Made by a program: the position numbers and the translations under genes. A stretch of 64,000 nucleotides of DNA from Podarcis melisellensis (lineage: Eukaryota), in assembly GCA_964234715.1 (NCBI GenBank), contig OZ174283.1; one strand, written 5' to 3'. A model generated the notes under the pieces. It had not been told where the DNA came from. It was given only the letters and a program-made list of their open reading frames with translations, and ran no database searches. Each line of letters opens with the position of its first letter. Position 1 is the first letter of the stretch. Below are positions 58,901 to 64,000 of this stretch, piece after piece.

Positions 58901-61900
58901 AGTCCTCCCCAATTTATGACCTCCAGTTACTGCCTCCCCTTCCTTTTGTGTCCCTTCTCCTCTCCTTTCCATCTTGAGTTCTTGTGTGTGGGTGCTTGTT
59001 TTTAAGATGGTAGGGCTGTGGGCAGGGTTGGTTTGTTTGAATATAATAATTGTACACTAGCTTTTAAGGCATTTTAAAAATCATTAATAGTAGGGAGAAG
59101 CAAAGAGTGATTCAACAAGGAATTGGGTTGTGCACAGATGCAGTTTGCGACTGCTTGGGAAAGACCCTGGAGAGAAGGAGCCATAGAGAGTGGTGGGAAG
59201 ATGGGGACCTTCAGTCCTTGCAACTGTTTCATTGGGGCAAGACCTACTGGGAAGAGTTGCTTGGATACTAGGCCTGTTTGGTTTCTTTGAATGAAAAGCT
59301 ATCTTCATTGTCACCATGTTTTTGTTTTATTGCTGACCTACGCCTGACTCCAGCTCCTGACCTCAGAAAACTGGGGCATTTATGTCCAAGATTATAATGT
59401 CACAAAGTCAAGGAGAATTAATTACATCCTAAGTGGCGGTACACTTGCTCTCTACTTTATGGAGCGCTGTGGTGCCTATTACATGGACTGCTCTCTGGAT
59501 CAGAAATGATGGTAAATTCAGCTAAGGGATTAGTTCCTTTGAACCGTAAAATGCCATTATATAATTAATGTCAGCAAAACAAACAAAGCAAAACAACCCC
59601 ACATACCATAGTAGTGTTGATAGGTGAGCTGGTCAAAAGTAAATTGTCTGGAATAAATTCTGGACTCTTCATATCAGTTATATTTTTATTAAGTATATGG
59701 TTGATTTCAGACTGAACCTGAAGAAACAGGAAATGAGTTAGTTATCCTTCTCCTGCTTTCATCCTTTTTATATTGGTTTAAAGGCAGAGGTGGGAAGCTG
59801 TGGCCCTCAAGACATTTTTGGACTCCAGTTTGTATCATCTCCAAGAAGCATGGCCAATAGTCAAGGATGGTGGGAATTGTATTAGCCCGCTAATAATGGG
59901 AGAACCACACCGATGTTTTAAGCCTGGTAGCAACTTATTATTATTCTTAAAAATACTTGAGTACAACTGCATGCATGTCACTTACTCAGAAGTAAGTTCC
60001 ACTGAGTTCAGTGGGAATTACCACCACCACCCCACCCTACAGCATTTGCAGAATTTAAATATTTAGTATTACTTATTATCGGATGTGTTGCTGGATAGCA
60101 AACCATGGTATCTTTGACTATACTATTTACTGTGGAACCTCTGAAAAAAACTTAACAATAATATTTATATATGCATATATTGTTGGCAAGCATGACCAGT
60201 CCCTTCTTGCTTCCACAATGGGAACACCCCAAAGTTTATCAGAACTTTGATATATACGTATAACCATATCTTGTAGGAGTGGGAATTGTTGGAAAAAGTA
60301 AAGGGAAGGTGATTTGACACTTGAAATGGCCTTCTTCACCACAGGCATTTATACAAAGTGTACAGTAGCCAGCCAGCTGCAGTTTATCTACTATCTGGAA
60401 TTGGGGAACCAAGTGGCAGATGATCATTGCAAGGAATTTTGAGAGGATGAGGTGATCCAGAGCAGGAGAACAACAAGAAAAAGTTGACATGTAAAAGCAA
60501 CATGAGAATATTAGAGGCCTTTAGAAAGGTTGTGCATTGAATGAGGAATTAAACCTTGTTTAGGGCTTGGTCTTACCATGCTGACATTCTGCAAAGTTTG
60601 TTGTCGAAGGGCTTGAAATGAATCCAACTGCTGTTGTAAGATCTATATTGTAAAATTAATTAATTAGACATATTCTATATATTCTGCAATAGTCTGCACT
60701 TTTTCTTCCTATGCCTAGATTGTGATCTTTACTTGCTATTTATTATCTTACCAGATATAAACTGCATACCATAGTAGCAGGAGGAAATTGTTGAAGGTAT
60801 GGCAAGGCATAATGGCAGAGCCAAATCCAGGCCTGATCACTGATCTAACTCCAAGCTGGCGCAGCCATCAGGCCCAGATCAGGTCTCATGCCACTTCACA
60901 ACAGTACTGAGAGCTGCTCAGAATCCTATCGATCCCATGCCAGCTCATCTCTGCCCCCAGAACACATTTTGAGTTTTTCCACTGACTCCTGCTGGTGGGA
61001 ATCCTCTTTGCTGGCTGGCTAAACTGGACAGAGAAGGAATTCGATTGCTCTGCTAGACAGTGATCTCTCTTTAGGCCATGTACAGTTTTGAAAACAGTTG
61101 ATCTAGGTATATTTGATATCTGTATTGTGCATGTTGAATTCTGTACTATGTTCACAACATTGCTGCCAAAAGAAAAGTCTTATCTTTGGATCAGGTTATT
61201 CAAATGTTTCAGGATAATGAGGCAAGCCCCTGTTCTCTCTTTATCTTAAAGAAACGCAAACATTAAAAACCTACCTGTACAGGGCTGCCTTCAGATGTCT
61301 TCGAAAAGTCAGATAAATATTTAATTCCTTGACATCTGATGGAAGGATGTTCCACAGGGCGGGCACCACTACTGAGAAGGCCCTCTGCCTTGTTCCCTGT
61401 AACCTTGCAATGAGGAAACCCCCAGAAGGCCCTTGGACTGGATCTCAGTGTCCAGACTGAACAATGGGGGTAGAGACGCTCCTTCAGGTATACAGGGCCA
61501 AAGCCATTTAGGGCTTTAAAAGTTAGCACCAATACTTTTAATTGTGCTCAGAAATGTACTGGGAGCCAATGTAGATCTTTTAGGACTGATGTTATATTGT
61601 CCAGGCGGCTACACCCTGTCACCAGTGTGGCAGCCGCATTCTGGATTAGTTGTAGTTTCTGAGTCACCTTCAAAGGTAGCCCCATGTAGAGTGCATTGTA
61701 GTAGTCCAAGCGGGAGGTAACCAGAGCATGTAAAATTATGGCGATCCAGTGTGCAGGCAAGTAGGGTCCCAGCTGGTGTACCTGATGGAGCTGGTAGACA
61801 GCTGCAGGAGCACAGGTTGGACAATCCTAACAACATATTATGTAAGAACAAGGGAACAGCCTAAAGAACTTTAGTATGGTTAAAATCCATACTGAACCAC

Positions 61901-63917
61901 CACCTCTTCTAGCCATTATGTATGTATTTTAGCAAGGATATTATCCCTCAGCCTGCCCCCCAAAATCCAAAACAGATAAACTTACTTTTAATGCTGATGG
62001 TGGCTGGACTTGCCCATCTCTTCCTGAAGCAGATTTATCTGAAAAATCAGTGCAATAAGCCCTGAAGAATATAATGTTGGAACGTCTGGAGGCTTTAAAC
62101 TTTAATACTTTGACCAGGAGTGGAGAATCTATGACCCCTAAGATGCTATTGGACTCCAACCCCATCAGCCCCAGCTAGCATGGTCAGTGGTCAGCAATGG
62201 TAGGAGCTCAACAGCTTTTGGAAGATGACGTAATCACTATTCCTGACCTACACCAAGAGTGTGTTCCCTAAATCAAGAACATCTTAATGCATATTTACAC
62301 TTGTTCCTTCCGACATTCTGTATTTTTATGTGCCTGTTTCGTTCTTAGTAAGCATATTCAGTATTCATGCCAAAGTGGGAACAAATATGTTACTTTTTTG
62401 TTACCTCCATAAAAGTCATAATTTCTAAGGCTTGGAAATTTACATATTAAAGGTCCTAAGCCTGTTTGAAACACTATATCCAGCAGTAAATTTGCCATCG
62501 TATAATCTGGTTGATACTAGAAGATATGCCAGAATATTTTATTCCTGAGAAATAAGAGAAAAATATATGAACAGACCTGCCACTGGATAGCTCAGGCAGT
62601 AGAGCTTGAGACTCTTAATCTCAGGGTTGTGGGTTCCAGCCCCACATTGGGCAAAAAGATTCCTGCTGTGCTGGGGCTTGTAACTCTACAATTCTATGAT
62701 TCTCTCAACTGAGTCCATGTGCCTATATGTCAAATGTTCCACAGCCATAAGGAATCATTTATGGTGCACAGCTTGTTGCTTTTGTTTAATAGTATTCAAC
62801 AGGGTCAAAGAAGATGTGTTCTCCTGCCAGTTTAGCCTTTGTTGCTGTGGCTGACTTAAACCCTCCTCCCCCACTTGGCTTTTGCCCATGGAGGGTGAAA
62901 CCGACAGCCCTCTCCCTCCCTCCCATTCATTTCTCCCCATGTGTCATGTCTTTGTGGGCCATCTTAGTAATGATTTTGGTAAGCCCCTCCAACAGCCTTT
63001 TAAACCAGTGTTTCCCAAACTTGGATCTCCAGCTGGTTTTTTGCACCACAACTCCCATCATCCCTATAGCTAGCAGGACCCCTGGCCAGGAATGATGGGA
63101 ATTGTAGTCCCCAAACCACTGGAGACCCACATTTGGGAGACACTGTTTTAACCTAAAGTGTAGGGGTATAAATAAATAAGTGACATTGCCCTGCTGACCA
63201 CAGGAAAAAGAAAATTGGCACTCAGTAGCACCTTAGCTCTGGAGGTTAGGAACAGCTGCGGAAGTGAAGTACTTTACCGCTGAAGTTACTGCTGGAGTAA
63301 GCAGTTTGGGGAGAGAAGTGCAACGGCGCATCCGGGTGCTGAAGTCTGTTAGTAATGATTATTTTTAAAACTGTTATTTTCACATTATGATGGAGGGAGG
63401 GTGCAGGGAAACATCTCACAGAGGGTGGGTACAATAACCCACCACGGCGCTGTGCTGTTGCAGGAAATTACATCATTGCCCATCGCAGCATTGCTACACC
63501 AACCAGGGAGGAGGACAGGGCAGCATTTTCAACAATAATAAAAGTGTCATCATAGGCCTGTCGACGTTCAGGTGAGAGGAGTCGGCTCACCTGCAGCTGA
63601 GGCGTCTTGGCGCCCCAGGGGAGAGCCTTTCTCTTCCTCCCGCAGCCTCCCGAAACTGGGGGCGCCCGTCCTGCCGCACTCCTGGGTTCCTGCAACGCAG
63701 TTTGCGTTAATACTGTTAATATAGATGTCTCCTGCCGGAAACTTTCCCCGCCCGCCTGGCTAACTTTAAACCCCTCCCCTCTCCCGCCTGACTCACTATA
63801 GCCAACACCGGCTCTCATCATTCCTCCTCGCGTGCGCTTCGTCCCATTCAAACTGAGCCTCTCAGGCTTTCTAACCGCCACTCGGCTACCTGGGGTTGCT
63901 AAGGAACGTGTTTCCAT
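52912..63917 (-). CDS. CCDC110: Coiled-coil domain-containing protein 110, 7 exons, ~826 aa
   Basis: Minus-strand exons: 63917-63890 (METRSLATP), 63689-63591, 62038-61986 (...GQVQPPSALK), 60642-60577 (ILQQQLDSFQALRQQTLQNVSM), 59717-59607 (VQSEINHILNKNI...), 58672-56737 (large coiled-coil exon, the 655-aa ORF), 53099-52912. Total 2481 nt, in frame. QPPSALK/LQQQLDSFQALR/VQSEI match the recalled human CCDC110. The first two exons and the last exon are less certain. Confidence 0.88.
55042..55270. mobile_element. Tc1/mariner-type MITE
   Basis: TA|CAGTCATACCTC...GAGGTACCACTG|TA. Confidence 0.8.
58706..58755. repeat. 25-bp tandem duplication
   Basis: AGTATTTAACAGTATTTAACAACCG occurs twice in tandem. 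Confidence 0.9.
61263..61805 (-). mobile_element. L2-clade LINE 3' fragment (decayed ORF2)
   Basis: Broken frames HALVTSRLDYYNALYMGLPLK..KLQLIQNAAA.LVTG..LKDLHWLPV and LTFKALNG.GP.YLKERL are typical of the L2 ORF2 C-terminus. Confidence 0.85.
62579..62703 (+). mobile_element. tRNA-Lys-derived SINE remnant (Squam2-like)
   Basis: TAGCTCAG..GTAGAGC.TGAGACTCTTAATCTCAGGGTTGTGGGTTC..GCCCCAC.TTGGGC head followed by a CR1-like tail TCTACAATTCTATGATTCT. Confidence 0.7.
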
Positions 63918-64000
63918 AGAGACGGGGGGGGGCGCGCGCGCGAGGGAAGGTTGCTTGTGCAGCGTTCTCTACGTCACGCGTCGTTTCGCTACGCCCCCTG
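63800..64000 (-). promoter_or_regulatory. CCDC110 CpG-rich promoter/exon 1 with RFX X-box-like sites
   Basis: CpG-rich. GTTGCTAAGGAAC (63895-63907) and GTTTCCATAGAGAC (63910-63923, overlapping the ATG), plus CRE-like TACGTCA. Confidence 0.6.

Noticed and set aside
62579-62652. tRNA-Lys(CTT) gene
   Set aside because: Acceptor and T-arm pairing are degraded and the sequence continues into a SINE body and tail, so it is a tRNA-derived SINE rather than a functional tRNA.
63278-63345. Extra 68-nt CCDC110 exon with plausible AG/GT sites
   Set aside because: Including it breaks the frame between the phase-1 flanking exons; the 7-exon model is in frame without it.

Overview
Vertebrate genomic DNA, almost certainly from a squamate reptile and probably a lacertid lizard. 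This is inferred from Sauria/Squam1, Squam2 and Squam3 SINEs and BovB fragments. The window is the conserved block orthologous to human 4q35.1, in this order: SNX25 3' end (+), LRP2BP (-, 8 coding exons, ~344 aa), ANKRD37 (+, ~167 aa), UFSP2 (-, 12 coding exons, ~480 aa), CFAP96/C4orf47 (+, 7 coding exons, ~311 aa) and CCDC110 (-, 7 exons, ~826 aa). Exons were reconstructed by hand from GT-AG sites, intron phase and recalled similarity to the human proteins. Almost all ORFs in the supplied track are spurious or are exons run on into introns. Introns carry SINEs, BovB, L2 and L1 fragments, TA-flanked Tc1/mariner-type MITEs, hAT elements, a solo LTR and microsatellites. I see no evidence of a new multi-gene system. 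The items most worth following up are: a hAT element carrying GC-rich, 5'-UTR-like cargo; a possible ANKRD37 alternative last exon coding antisense to, and codon-aligned with, the last UFSP2 coding exon; a perfect 36-bp-arm hairpin; a near-perfect ~600-bp tandem duplication starting in a solo LTR; and an apparently shifted UFSP2 start codon.
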